64,000 nucleotides of DNA from Squalus acanthias (Eukaryota): assembly GCA_030390025.1 (NCBI GenBank), contig JASTWF010000351.1, positions 186,001 to 250,000 on the forward strand. The letters run 5' to 3'. Positions 25,101 through 39,289 of the stretch are shown piece after piece. Below the pieces are notes generated by a model. It had not been told where the DNA came from. It worked only from the letters and a program-made list of their open reading frames with translations, and made no database searches. How positions within the stretch are numbered: position 1 is the first letter of the stretch; every line of letters begins with the position of its first letter. The translations under genes were made by a program, and so were the position numbers.

Positions 25101-26766
25101 CATATGTAGTTATTTGTGCCATTAACTCATCTATTTTGTTACGAATGCTACGTGCATTCAGATAGAGAACTTTCAAATATGTTTTGTGACATTAGTTCCT
25201 GCTTTTGCCCTTTTTATTACTTTACCTTTTACTCCATACCTTCTGCCCCTTCCTGACACACTCTGGTTTTTAATTTCCCCACTGCTACCTAAGTCTATGA
25301 CCTTCTCTGTTGTCATTTTTATTATTTGCTCTCTAGGAACCTCCCCCCCCCACTAGTTAGTTTAAAGCCCTCTCTACAGCCCTAGTTATATGATCCGCCA
25401 GGACTCTAGTCCCAGCACTGGCCAAGTGAAGCCCGTCCCAACGGAACAGCTTCCTCCTGCCCCAGTACTGGTGCCAGTGTCCCAGGAAGCAAAACCCATT
25501 TCTCCCACACCAGTCTTTGAGCCACTCATTTAAATCTCTAATTTTATTTGTCCTAGCCAAATTCGCTCGTGGCTCAGGTAATAATCCAGAGATTAATACC
25601 CTTGAGGTTCTGTTTTTTAATTTAACCCCTAGCTGCTCATACAGCTTTAACAGAACCTGCTTCCTTGTCCTATCTACGTCGTTTGTACCAACATGGATCC
25701 ACCCCCTCCCACTGCAAGTTTCTTTCCAGCCCAGAGGAGATGTCCTTAACCCTGGCACCGGGTGTGCAACACAGCCTACGGGACTCCCCCTCTCGGCTGC
25801 AGAGGACTCTATCTATCCCCCTAATAATATTATCCCCTACCACTACAACATTTCTATTTACTCCACCCTCTTGAATGGCCCCCCGTTCCACGGTGCTTTG
25901 GCCAGGTTGCTCATCCTCCCTGCAGTCCCTGCTCCCGTCCCCACAGGGAGTAAGAACCTCAAACCTGTTGGACAAGAGCAAGGGCTGCGGCTTCTCCAAC
26001 ACTAACTCCTGGATCCCTGTACCTGCCTCACTTGTAGTCACACCGTCCTGTCCCTGACCATGGGCTACATCTGAATTAATTAACTTCATAGGTGTGACCA
26101 CCTCCTGAAACACAAAGTCCAGGTACTTCTCCCCCACCCTGATGTGTCGAGTGTCTGAAGCTCAGACTCCAGCTCATCAATACGGAGCTGGAGTTCCTGT
26201 AGCAGCAGACACTTGTCACAGATGTAATCACCGTGAGCCTCAATGGGGTCCACTGGCTCCCACATCTTGCAACAGTAACACATCACCTGCTCCATTCTAT
26301 GTAATTAATTAAAAAAATTTATTGTTTGTTATGGACACTCTCTGCCCGATTATAGATGCTAGTATCCCCTCTAATTAATTGGATTTAAATTAAATCAATC
26401 CCTCTAAATTACACCAGTTGAATGGTTTACCAACAGTCACTCTACACCAGAAAGGCATTATTAACTATAACTCACAGAGTTTAAGTTTAAAAAGAGAGAA
26501 ATACTCACCAACCAATTACTTACCTGCTTTCTGGTGACATCACACCTCGATTATTTTTACCTCTCTCCCTCCCTCCGAGTTCGGAGACTGGTCCCGCCTT
26601 ACCTGGTCTCTGGAGCCTTTTAAACCCTTTGCCGCCGCCTCGCCTCACACAGGTCCGCTGCCGCACCAGGAACCTGACAAAGATGGAAAAAGGAAGGCAC
26701 ACCTCCCTCCCCGAACTCCCTCACTCACCAAACTCGCAGCTTAGCACTCTATTCCAAATCTGCACT
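22135..26766 (-). mobile_element. Near full-length CR1 (B) nested in A: 5'UTR, frameshifted ORF1 (~25357-26295), ORF2 (22367-25176) with one frameshift near 24360
   Basis: ORF1 Zn-finger (CYCCKMW..CDKC) plus SGNH-esterase motifs (GD.I, HVGTND, DGLHL); ORF2 APE (YLNARS, ITETWL, GDFN, SDH) plus RT (FADD); (TTCTTATG)n tail; CCAT at both junctions. Confidence 0.93.
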
Positions 26767-27662
26767 CCATTTGCCTTCTTAACCGCCTGCTGCACCTGCA
26801 TGCTTACCTTCAGTGACTGGTGCACAAGGACTCCCAGATCTCGTTGCACTTCCCCTTTTCCCAATCTATTGCCGTTCAGATAATAATCTGTTTTCCTGTT
26901 TTTGCCACCAAAGTGGATAACCTCGCATTTATCCACATTATACTGCATCTGCCATGCATCTGCCCAATCAACCAACCTGTCCAAATCATACTGCAGTTTC
27001 TCTGCATCCCCCTCACAGCACACACGCCCACCCAGCTTTGTGTCATCTGCAAACTTAGAGATATTACATCTAGTTCCCTCATCTAGATCATTAATATATA
27101 TTGTGAATAGCTGGCGTCCTAGCACCGATCCCTGTGGTACCCCACTAGTCTCTGCCTGACACTCGGAAAAAGACCCGTTTATTCCAACTCTTTGCTTCCT
27201 GTCTGCCAACCAGTTCTCTATCCAAATCATTACCTCACCCCCAATCCCATGTGCTTCAAATTTGCAAGCTAATCTCTTATGCGGGAACTTTTCGACAGCC
27301 TTCTGAAAATCCAAATACACCACATCCACTGTTTCTCCCTTATCTATTCTACCAATTACATCCTCAAAAAATTCCAGTAGATTAGACAGGCTTGATTTCC
27401 CTTTTGTAAATCCATGTTGACTTTGTCCGATCCTGTCACTGTTTTCCAAGTGCTCTGCTATTGCATCTTTTATAATGGACTCTAGCATTTTGCCCACTAC
27501 TGATGTCAGGCTATAATTCCCCGTTTTTTCTCTACCACCATTTTTAAATAGTGGGGTTACATTAGCTACCCTCCAATCCATGGGAACTGTTCCAGAGTCT
27601 GTAGAATTTTGAAAGATGACCAGCACTGCATCTACTATTTCTAGGGCCACTTCCTTCAGTAC

Positions 27663-30600
27663 ATAGATACATAGATACATAGAAGATAGGAGCAGGAGTA
27701 GGCCATCCGGCCCTTCGAGCCTGCTCCGCCATTTAATGAGATCATGGCTGATCCTCCAATTCAGTATCCCGTCCCCGCCTTCTCTCCGTAACCCTTAACC
27801 CCTTTTGCCTGTAGAAATATATCTAATTCCCTCTTAAATATATTTAATGAGCTGGCGTACACTGCCCTCTGTGGCAATGAGTTCCACAGGTTCACCACCC
27901 TCTGAGTGAAGAAATTCCCCCTCATTTCTGTCCTAAATGGTTTAGCCCTTATCCTTAAATTATGTCCTCTAGTTCTGTTCTCACCCGCCAAGGGAAACAT
28001 TCCTTCTGCATCTAGTCTGTCTAGACCTGTCAGAATTTTATACACTTCTATGAGGTCCCCTCTCAATCTTCTAAACTCCAGTGTGTACATCCCTAAACTA
28101 CATAGTCTCTCCTCATAGGTCAATCCTGCTATTCCTGGTATCAGCCTGGTGAATCGCCGCTGCACCCCCTCCATGGCAAGAACATCTTTCCTCAGATGAG
28201 GCGACCAAAACTGTACACAGTACTCGAGGTGTGGTCTCACCAGTGCCCTGTACAGCTGCAGCAAGGTATCCCTGTTCCTGTATTCCAACCCTTTTGCTAT
28301 GAAGGCCAGCATACCGTTTGCCTTCTTGATCGCCTGTTGCACCTGCATGCTCGCCTTCAGTGACTGGTGTACAAGAACACCCAGGTCTCTCTGTACTTCC
28401 CCCTCTCCCAATTTATTGCCATTTAAATAATAATTTGCCCTCCCGCTCCTGCACCCAAGGTGGATAACTTCGCACTTGTCCACATTATAGTGCATCTGCC
28501 ATTTATCCGCCCAATCACCCAGTCTGTCCAAATCGCTCTGGAGCTTCCTGGTCTCCTCCTCTGAGCCCACCCCCCCCTCCTAGTTTAGTGTCGTCTGCAA
28601 ATTTGGAAATGCTGCATCCGACTCCCTGATCCAGGTCATTAATGTAAATTGTGAACAGCTGGGGACCCAGGACAGATCCCTGTGGTACCCCACTTGTTAC
28701 TGCCTGCCATTCAGAAAATGAGCCGTTTATTCCAACTCTCTGTTTTCTATCTGACAGCCAGTTCTCTATCCACGTCAATACTTTCCCCTTTATCCCATGA
28801 GCTTCAATTTTCCATGCTAATCTTTTATGTGGGACCTTGTCGAAGGCCTTTTGGAAGTCCAGGTACACCACATCTACTGGCTCTCCCCCATCTATTTTAC
28901 CAGTTACTCCCTCAAAAAATTCCAATAGATTAGTCAAGCACGATTTACCCTTTGTAAATCCATGTTGACTCTGTCCTATCCTGTCCCCATTTGCTAAGTG
29001 CTCCGCTATTTCATCCTTAATGATGGACTCCAGCATTTTGCCCACAACTGATGTAAGGCTTACAGGTCTGTAATTACCTGCTTTTTCCCTACCCCCCTTT
29101 TTGAATAGTGGGGTAACGTTAGCTACCCTCCAATCCATGGGCACTGTTCCCGAGTCTAATGAATTCTGAAAAATCATACTTAGTGCATCCGCTATCTCTA
29201 GGGCCACCTCCTTCAGTACCCTAGGATGCATGTTATCAGGCCCTGGGGATTTGTCCGCCTTCAATCCCTTTAGCTTCCTTAACACCATATCCTTAGAGAT
29301 ATTGATTTGCGTCAGTTCCTCCTTTGCCAATGTCCCTATTTTTCCCGATATCCCAGGGAGGTTTTTTGTGTCTTCCTTCGTAAAGACTGACCCAAAGTAT
29401 GCATTTAGTTGGTCTGCCATTTCCTTATTTCCCGTTATATATTCCCCCGTATCTGACTGCAATGGACCAACTTTGGTTTTCACCAGTCTTTTCCTCTTGA
29501 TATACTTATAAAAGCTTTTGGAGTTAGTTTTTATATTTTCCGCCAGCTTGCTTTCGTAAGCTATTTTGCCCCTCTTGATTAAGCCCTTTGTCCTCCTTTG
29601 CTCTATCTTAAACTGTTCCCAATCTTCCGCTCTGGCGCTTTTTTTGGCTATTTTATACGCCCTATCTTTGGATTTTATGCTGTCTCTAATTTCCCCTGTT
29701 ATCCACGGTTGAGTCACCTTTTTAGATTTCCTTTTATGCCAGATTGGTATAAACAATTTTTGCAATTTTGTCATTCTATCTTTAAATGCTTGCCATTGTT
29801 TATCTACCTCCAGTCCTCCCAGGAACGTTGTCCAATCAGACCGACTCAGTTCCCGTCTAATGGCATCATAATTCCCCTTGTTTAAATTCAGGACCTTAGT
29901 CTCTGAGTCAATTTCTTCGCTCTCCATTTCGAGTGAGAAATCGATCATGTTATGATCGCTCTGACCCAAGGGTCCCCGTACAACAAGATTACTAATTAGT
30001 CCCTTCTCATTGCACAGTACCCAGTCCAATATAGCCTGTTCCCGAGTTGGTTCCTCGACATATTGATCCAGATAACCATCCCTTAAACACTCAAGGAATT
30101 CCTCCTCCTCATTATTTTTACTGATTAGGCTAGTCCAATCTATATGTAAGTTAAAGTCACCTATGATGACAGCTGTGCTCTTATTGCACGCTTCTCTAAT
30201 TTCCCTCGTGATGCCCTCCCCAACCTCTATTTTACTATTTGGAGGCCTATATACCACTCCTATTAATGTTTTTCGCCCCTCGCTATTTCTTAGCTCCACC
30301 CATATAGATTCTGTATTAACTGAGTTAATATCCTTCCTTTCAATTGCATTTATCCCCTCTTTTACCAGCAATGCTACCCCTCCTCCCTTTCTTTTTTGTC
30401 GATCCTTCCTAAATACTGAATACCCCTGTATGTTAAGCTCCCAGCCCTGCTCACCCTGCAACCATGTTTCCGTAATCCCAATTAGATCATAATTATTAAC
30501 CTCTATTTCCACAGCTAATTCATCTACCTTGTTCCTGATGCTTCTCGCATTAAGGTATAAAACCCTCAGGCTTTTTTTATGCTCACATTTTTTATGAATT

Positions 30601-30737
30601 AGTTTGGCCCTTTGTTTTTTGTTCCTCACCCTTTTACCATTTATTTCTGTCTGCCTTTCACTTTCCTCTATTTCACTACATAGGTTTCTAGCCCCCTGCC
30701 ATACTAGTTTAAATGCTCCCGAACTGCTTTATCAAAA
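27663..30737 (-). mobile_element. CR1 (C) nested in A, with complete ORF2 (27761-30629) broken by one extra G
   Basis: 704-aa and 269-aa ORFs overlap at a C8 run at 28570-28577; AGTAC at 27658-27662 and 30738-30742. Confidence 0.93.
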
Positions 30738-32244
30738 AGTACCCTGGGATGTAGATTATCAGGCCCGGGGGATTTATCGGCCTTCAATCCCATCAATTTC
30801 CCTAACACCATTTCCCTACAAATAGTGATTTCATTCAATTCCTCCCTCTCATTAGACCATTAGTTCCCCGACATCTCTGGGTGTTTATTTGTGTCCTCCT
30901 TTGTGAAGACAGAACCAAAGTATGTATTTAATTCGTCAGCCATTTCTTTGTTCCCCATTATAAATTCCCCTGATTCTGACTGCAAGGGACCTACGCTTGA
31001 CTTCACCAATCTTTTTCTCTTCACATATCTATAGAAGCTTTTACAGTCAGTTTTTATGTTCCCTGCAAGCTTACTCTCATATTCTATTTTCCCCCTCTTA
31101 ATTAATCCCTTTGTCCTCCTTTGCTGAATCCTAAACTGCTCCCAATCCTCAGGTTTGCTGCTTTTTCTGGCCAACTTATATGTCCTCTCCTTGGATCTTA
31201 TGCTATCCCTAATTTCCCTTGTTAACCACGGTTGAGTCACCTTTTTTGTTTTATTTTTATGCCAAACAGGGATTAACAAATTCTGTAGTTCATGCATGCG
31301 ATCTTTAAATGTTTGCCATTGCCTATCCACCGTCAACCCTTTAAGTAACACTCCCCAATCCACCCTAGCCAACTCGCGCCTCATACCATCGTAGTTTCCT
31401 TTATTTAAATTCAGGACCCTAGTCTCTGAGTCAATTACGTCACTCCCATCTTAATGAAGAATTCTATCATATTATGATCGCTCCTCCCCAAGGGGCCTCG
31501 CACAACAAGATTGCTAATTAATCCTTTCTCATTACATAATACCCTGTCTAAGATGGCCTGATCTCTAGTTGGTTCCTCGACATATTGGTCCAGGAAACCA
31601 TCCCGTATACATTCTAGGAATTCCTCCTCCACAGTATTGTTACTAATTTGGTTAGCCCAATCTATATGTAGATTAAAGTCACCCATGATAACTGCTGTGC
31701 TCTTATTGCACGCATCTTTAATTTCCCATTTAATGCCATCCAAACCTCAGAATTACTTTAGCCTATCAAAATCTATCATTATCTTGTACACCTCTGTCAA
31801 ATCACCCCTCAACCTCCTTTGCTCTAATGAAAACAAATCCAGCCTCTCCAACCTGTCCTTGTAGCTAAGATCCCTCATCCCTGGGACCATTCTGGTAAAT
31901 CTCCTCTGCAGTCTCGCAAGTGCCTTCACATCCTTTCTAACGTGCAGTGACCAGAACTTGACGCAATACCCCAGTTGTGGCCTAACTGGCGCTTTATAAA
32001 GGTTCAGCATAACTTCTCTACTTTTGTACTCAATAGCTCGATTTATGAAGCCCAAGATCCCATATGCTTTGCTAACCACTCTCTCAGAATGTCCCCCCAG
32101 CTTCAGTGACATATGCACATTAACACCCAGTTCCCTCTGTCCCTGCACCCTCTGTAAAACTGTGCCATTAAGTGTAAATTGCCTCTCCCTGTTCCTGCTG
32201 CCAAAATTCATCCCCTCACACTTCTCTGTATTAAATTTTTCAGA

Positions 32245-33500
32245 TTCTGGCATGTGAGTGTGGATTTTATTTTGTATCTGTCAGTCTTTGTTGTGTGAGT
32301 GTGGCTTTGTTCTGTATCTTTCAGTATCTGCTAAGTGAGTTGTGTTTTCATTTGTATCGTACAGAAGCTGCTATGTGAGTGGGATTTTGTTCTGTATCTG
32401 TCAGTTTCGATTATGAAATGTGGGTTTTAATCAGTCCCTGCCAGTTTCTGGTATGTGAGAGTGGGTTTATCTCTGTATCTGTCAGTTTATGATATGTGAG
32501 TGTGTGTTTCCTTCGGTAAATCTTAGCTTCTTCTATGTAAGTATGGGTTTTACTCTCTCTTAGTCTCTGGTATGCGAGTGTGGTTTTTAATGTCTATCTC
32601 TTAATCTCTGGTATGTGATTGTGGATTTTACCCTATACCTGTGAGTTTCTGGTATGTGAGTATGGATTTCACTCTGTACCTGTCAGTCTCTGGTATGTGA
32701 GTGTGGTTTTCCTCTGTATCGTTCATGCTCTGGGATGTGAATACTACAACTTTCATTTGCTCGTATTTGAGTGGGATTTTATATGGTACCTATCAGTTTC
32801 TGGTGTGTGAGCCATGGTTTTCTTTGCATCTGTCAATTTCTGTTATGTGAGAGTGGGTTTTAATCAGTACCTCTCAGTTTCTGGTATGTGAGTGTTTGTT
32901 TGACACTGTATCTGTCAGTGTCTTTTATGTGAGAATTGATTTCACTCTATAGTTGCCACTCTCTGGGATGGGAGTGCGAGTTTGACTCTGTATCTGTCAG
33001 TTTCTGATTTGTGTGTTTGGGATTTTTTTCTGTACCTGTCAGTTTCAAGTACGTGAATGTGGGTTTCATTCTGTATCTATCAGTTTCTCGTATGGAAGAG
33101 CTTTTAAACGTTTACACCTGCCTGTCTTTGCTACGTGAGTGTGGGTTTTACTCTGTATCTGTAATTTTCTAATATGTGAATGTGTATTTTATTCAGTACC
33201 TGACAGTTTCTGGTATTTGTGAGTGAGTGTTACTCTCTAACTGTCAGGTTCCAATATGTGATTGTGTGTTTTAATAAGTACCTGCCAGTTTCTTGTACAG
33301 AAGTGTGGATTTTAGTCATATCTGCCTGTCTTTGTTATGTGAGTATATGTTTTACTCTGTATCTGCCAGGTAGTCATTCTCAGCTACCTGTAAGTGACTG
33401 TGATTCTATCTCAATCTGTCATTCACTGTCTGAATGTATGACTCACTCTGTGTCTCTCAGTCTCTGATACAGTTTGTGAGTGTGGGATTGATTATGCATC
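32245..33500 (+). repeat. ~41-bp minisatellite array
   Basis: Same unit as 16510-18860. Confidence 0.85.
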
Positions 33501-34883
33501 TGTTACACTGGTAATGGGAGTGAGTGGGAGATTCATTATGTAATTGACAGTCTCTTGTACTGTACTATTCTTGCTCTGTGTGAATGTTGGATTCCGTTCC
33601 TTCTCCACCTTGTGTAGGCCAATGCTAATATGAAATTATCTGTGACTGTCTCAGGAGGAGGTTTGGTTTAGTCTGTTACCTCCCATTCTCTAGTCTTGTA
33701 TTTCAGTTGTACGATTTGATAGTCCGTGTACAGTCAGCAGTGTGGATTGACAGCGGATCAGTGTCGATCTGTTTGTGAGTAAGTGAATGAAAATGGTTCT
33801 GCCTGTCAGTGCGATATGTTTGGACTTTAAAAGAACATCTTATTCTGCTGCTCCAAGTGACTGTGGGATTCATAATGTAACTCTGGGAATTCGGGTCACT
33901 GTGGGACTGACTGCTTCTGCTGCCTGTGATAATAAGATTGAGGCCAGTTCTGTGTCTCTGTGCTCTGTGACTGATAATGTACTTACTCTGTGTGAGAAGG
34001 AGCTGCCTGCACTGTTCCTTGTGTTCCGGGTGGAGGAAAGATCATGTTCATTCTGGCTCGTTGAAGTATTTTGCCATGAGAATAATAATATGAGAACAGT
34101 ATTAGTTATAAGATATGGACAGGTGCCGGTAGAATATAAAAATAATGTTATAATTAATGTGATTGTTTGTAAAAAAACTTAAGTATCTGGAGAGAGAAAA
34201 CTGTGATACAAACAGTGTCATAGTCTGACCTCACTGCAGTACAGCGGCACTCAGATCCTCCACACCAGGTGGGTAGGACGGTTCTATAGTAAGTTATCAG
34301 CATCCAGACACAACCCAAATCCAGCACTGGACCATGAATGGGTCAACCGATTGGCACAGTCCAGGTTTATATCTCCCATTACCATTGGACTACCTGTAAA
34401 TATCTGAATCGTTTCGTGGAATATAACAACTGGTTCCTGGGCTGTACACCATTGTTTTCAATCTGTTGAAACCGAGTTGAGGGCCTGTGTAGTTAACAGA
34501 ATGTCTGGATCCTGATGGATCCGAGGGAGCGACAATGTATCTCCTTAAACACGGTTCTGGAGAACTGAACGCACCCAAACAAAATAACACATTTTTGAAA
34601 TGTGTTCTTTCACAAGCCTCTCTAATCTCTGAATTAATGAATTCTGTCACTTCAATACTGTCATCAGGAGATCTGCAGAAAACTTCCATTTCCATTTGTA
34701 GTCCTCTCTTGTCCTCAATTCTAACCATGGATTCTTCATTGATTGCTTTCCCTTACTTATATCTTCTCTGACTAAGTCTTTAATGTTATATGTATTCAAT
34801 AAGGGGAACCCCTCCTCCTCTACAGTTGCCCTGTCCTTTCTAAAGTCTTTCTAACCATGAATATTAAACACCCAATCATGACA

Positions 34884-35160
34884 TGATCTAGGGGCCATAG
34901 ATTTATAGTAATTGGTAGAAGGATTCGAGGGGACTTGAGGAGAATTGTTATCACCCAGAGGATGGTGGGGGTCTGGAATGCACTGCCTGAAAAGTTGGTA
35001 GATGCAGAAAACCTCAGCATGTTAAAAAGTACATGGATATGCACTTGAAGTGCTGTAACCTGCAAGGCTACGGAACTAGAGCTAGAAAGTTGGATTAGGC
35101 GGGATAGCATTTTTTGGGCCGAAAGGCCTCCTTCTGTGCCATACAGTTCTATGATTCAAT
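34884..35160 (+). mobile_element. Short CR1 3' fragment
   Basis: AGGGGCCATAGATTTA..CACCCAGAGG..CTGGAATGCACTGCCTG and TTCTATGATTC tail. Confidence 0.8.
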
Positions 35161-36200
35161 GATCTGGTATGAAAGTGAGGGCTTTGTTCTGAAACTGTTA
35201 GTATCTGGTACGTGAGTGTGGGCTTAATTCTTTAGCTGTGTTGTCTGATATATGAGTTTGGATTTTACTCTTTACCAGTCAATTCCTGATATATGATTAT
35301 TTGTTTTCCTTTCTACCTGTCAATTTCTGCTATGGAAGAGAGGGGTTACTCTGAATCTGTAAGATTCTGTTATTTGAGCTTTATCTGTCTGTATCTGCGA
35401 TGTGAGATTTGTTTGTTGCCCTACATTATCTTTCTGTTAGCCAAATGTGGGTTTTATTATGTGCCTTTCAGCTTCTAGTATGTGTGTGCGAGTTTCAATC
35501 TGTATCTGTCTGTCAATTGGATGTGAGTGTGCTTTTTTTCTTTTTAACTGTCAGTGTCTGATATGTGAGTATGGAATTAATTCTGTATCTGTTTGTTTCT
35601 GGTATGTGCAGGTGGGTTGTAGTATGTACCTGCCAGTTTCTGTTATGTGAGTGAGGATTTTAATCAGTACCTACCAGTTTCTGGTATGTGAGTGTGTGTT
35701 TTACTTTATAGATGTCTGTCTCTGGGATGCGATTGTGGGTTTTAAACTGTATCTGTCAATCTCTGGGCTGTGATTAGGGCTTTGCTCTTTGCCTGACAGT
35801 TTCTGGGATGTGACCATGGGTTTGCTTCTGTACCTGTCAGTTTCTGGTATGCTGGTTGGATTTTAGTATTTCACTGTCAGTCTCTGCGATGTGAGTTTGG
35901 GCTTTTTCCATATCTGTCATTCTCTGACAAATACAGAGTAAAGCCCATACTCATATCTCAGTTACTGATGTGTGAGTGTTGATGTTACTCTGTACCTGTC
36001 GTGTCAGTCTCAGGTACTGTAAGTGATTGTGATTCTTCTCAATCTATTATTCTCTGTGTCTCTCGGTCTCTGGTACTGATTGTGAGTGTGGGATTAATTC
36101 TGTAGCTTGTAAGTTTCTGCTACTTCTTGCGAGTGTGGGATTGATTATGTATTTGTTAGATTTGGAATGTATGTCAGTGGAATATTCATTATGTAATTGA
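35160..36200 (+). repeat. ~41-bp minisatellite array
   Basis: Same unit as the other arrays. Confidence 0.8.
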
Positions 36201-36384
36201 CAGTCTCTTGTACTATACTATTCTTGCTCTTTCTGACTGTTGGATTCCATTCCTTCTCCACATTGTGTAGGCCAATGCTAGTTTGAGATTATCTGTGACT
36301 GTCTCAGGATGAGGTTTGGTTCAGTCCATTACCTCCGACTCTCTTGTCTTGTATGGCAGTTGTTGGGATTGATAGTCCGTTTCC

Positions 36385-36885
36385 GTGCACTAGAGACGGT
36401 ACAGAGGAGATTTACAAGGATGTTGCCGGGAGTCGAGAATCTTTGCTATGAGGAAAGACTGGGTAGGCTGTGTTTGTTTTCTTTGGACCAGAGGAGTCTG
36501 AGATGAGACCTTATTGAGGTATATACAATTATGGGGGGCATAGATAAAGTGGATAGAAAGGACCTATATCCCTTAGCAGAGGGGTCAAAAACCAGGGGGC
36601 ACAGATTTAAAGTAATTGGGGGAAGGTTAAGAGGCGATTTGAGGGGAAATTTCTTCACCCAGAGCACTGTGGGGGTCTGGAACTCACTGCCTGAAAGGGT
36701 GGTAGAGGCAGGAACCCTAACCACATTTAAAAAGTACTTGGATGTACACTTGGGATGCTCTAACCTGCAGGTCTACGGACCAAGAGCTGGGAAGTGGGAT
36801 TAGGCTGGATAGCTCTTTGTTTGCCGGCGCGGACACGATGGGCCGAAATGGCCTCCTTCCGTGCTGTAACTTTCTATGATTCTAT
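36385..36885 (+). mobile_element. CR1 3' fragment
   Basis: ALETVQRRFTRMLPG..GHRFKVIGG..VWNSLPE; the paralogous block at ~33721 lacks the insert. Confidence 0.9.
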
Positions 36886-38502
36886 ACAGCCAGCAGCGGG
36901 CATTGACTCCATATCAGTGTCTATCTGTTTGTGTGTGTGTGTAAGGGAGTGAAAGTGGATCTGCCTGTCAGTGCGATATGTTTGGACATTGAAACAACAT
37001 TTATTCTACTGCTGCAAGTGACTGTGGGATTTATAATGTAACTCCGGGAATTCGGATCACTGTGAGACTGACTGCTTCTGCTACCTCTGATAATAGGATT
37101 GAGGACAGTTCTGAGTCTCTGCGCTCTGTGAGTGATAATGTACTTACTGTGTGTGAGAAGGAGCTGCCTGCACTGTTCCTTGTGTTCCGGGTGGAGGAAA
37201 AATTACGTTTATTCTGGCTCGTTGAAATATTTTGCTACGAGAATAATAAGAGAACAATATTCGTCATAATATATGGACAGGTGCCGGTAGAATATAAAAA
37301 TAAAGTTAGAATTAACATGTATGTTCATAATAAATTAAAATATCTGGAGAGGGGCAAACGCGATACAAACAGTTACATAGTCTGACCTCACTGCAGTACA
37401 GCGGCACTCAGATTCTCCACACCAGGTGTGTAGGACGGTTCTATATCAAGCTATCAGTATCGAGACACAACCCAAACCCAGCACTGGACCATGAATGGAA
37501 CCACCCGATTGGCACAGTCCAGGTTTATATCTCCCACTCCCGTGGGACGACATATAAAGTTCAGGAACGCTTCTTGGAATATAGCCACAGGCACCTGGTC
37601 TGTATAAACAATTGTTTTCAGTCTATTGAAAGCGAGTTGAGGGCCTGTGTAGTTAACAGACTGTCACAGAACTCGGATCCTGATGTATCTGGAGGAGCGA
37701 CAATGTATCTCTCGATCACCAGTAACGCGGTTCTGGAGAACTCAACGCACCGAAACAAAATAACCCATTTTTTAAATGTGTTCTTTCACACTTTTCTCCT
37801 GCTGCCTGCAATAGATGCACTTTGTGAAACTGCTCACATCCTCACAGTCAGGCTGTGTTTCCACTATTCGCTGTCCTAGAACAACAAACACGGTGAGACT
37901 GGAACCGATTCAGGAACATTCACTACTGATTTGGGGGACGAAAGCAGCAATGATTTGAAAGAGCGAGGTGATTTACTTTCTATGTTACCTAACACTGTAC
38001 AAACACAGCCGCTGAATGGCCTCCCCCTTCCCCCACTCACTCCATGCTCCGGAACTAGTTCCTGCTCCACTGAGGCTCTTTCAAACAGTCCCCGGCTGCC
38101 GCTGAACTTACGCCGACTCAATGCCCATCTGTGGACACAGACCCAGTGCGATGTGCTGATTACTCGGGCCCGTGATATTTCCGCTCCCCGATGTGTACAA
38201 CGATCATCAGCCGAGCACAGAGGAAACGGCACCCGCTGGCAGAGCTGGGGGAGGAGAGCAGATTGGGCCCTTCCTGTCGGTTGAACACTGTGCGGGGAAA
38301 GGGGGAGGAGCTGAAGCGTGAAAGCTGGAGGCGGAGCTGAAGCTCAGAGGACGCTGTCTCTGCTCTGTCTTGTCACTCTGATTCTGTCTCTTCCCAACCT
38401 CTCTCACACTCTGCCTTTCTCAAACAGATCCGGGCTGGCTTCATAAATTCAACTGGACGGCGAGAGTTTATCCTTCATTTTATATTCCTGTGAGGAATCG
38501 TC

Positions 38503-38596
38503 ATGTCTGGAAGAGTTAAAGGACGCAAAGGACTGGGAAAAAGGCGGAGCAAAGCACCACCGTAAAGTGCTTAGTGACAACATCCAGGGCACCACC
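38503..38596 (+). pseudogene. H4: Histone H4 5' fragment, frameshifted and truncated
   Basis: ATGTCTGGAAGAGTTAAAGGACGCAAAGGACTGGGAAAA(A)GGCGGAGCAAAGCACCACCGTAAAGTGCTTAGTGACAACATCCAGGGC = [29 protein letters not shown] versus H4 [29 protein letters not shown]. Confidence 0.9.
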
Positions 38597-39289
38597 GCCT
38601 CAGAGGGAGAGCAGCGACCTTAGACCGGGAGCGGGGATATATTGGGATTGGGAATAGCTTCAGATTTATAATGATTATGGGGTACAAATGTCTCTTTGGC
38701 GCGGACCCTGTATTCTCCCCTCAGGTGAAATGCTGTTTTAGTCTTCCTGGGTGTCCATCCGCTCAGTGTTCTGTTTTCATTCAGCTTTTCTATATCAGAC
38801 AGATGGTGTGACGGGGAACCGGAGCTTTTCACGTCACAATAGGTTAAGCCGAGCTGCTGTGACAAGATGCCAACTTGTGAGATTATTCTCCTTCTGAAGT
38901 TTGCTTCCTGCACAGATACTGTCGGGGACTATGGAATTCAAGGGTTTAAGTAAAGTCATTGGATGGACTGTAATGACTCCAGTTCTAACTGTCGGAGCCT
39001 GAGGCTACTTCGGATTGGTCGCTTGATTGGAATCCCATTTCCTTAACAGAACTAACTCTTGGCCTCAATTGAACAATTTTTAAACCAAGTTTGAAACATT
39101 CCACCAAATTCAAATTAAGAAAGTGATGTATTTATAATGATTAAATTCGACAGTGACAGACATTAAAATGGGGCAGTTTCACAAATGTTCTGATAATTTC
39201 CTCACCAGATTGATAGGACGTTAGCTGGAATGAATAAACTGACGAAATCAGTGCATTAAACTGGCGGCTCCTTCAGAGAGGCTGTGGGT

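Larger units (their letters stand above)
21487..31758 (-). mobile_element. CR1 (A) nested in D: pieces 21487-22134, 26767-27662, 30738-31758
   Basis: ORF2 segments are collinear (EN 31435-31743, linker 30860-31384, RT 26721-27680, C-terminus 21578-22009) once B and C are removed. Confidence 0.85.
21147..32245 (-). mobile_element. Outermost CR1 (D): pieces 21147-21486 and 31759-32245
   Basis: VYKIMIDFDRL (31753-32253 ORF) joins LDGERLFPLL (21297-21548 ORF); TAGC duplicated at 21483-21486 and 31759-31762. Confidence 0.8.
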
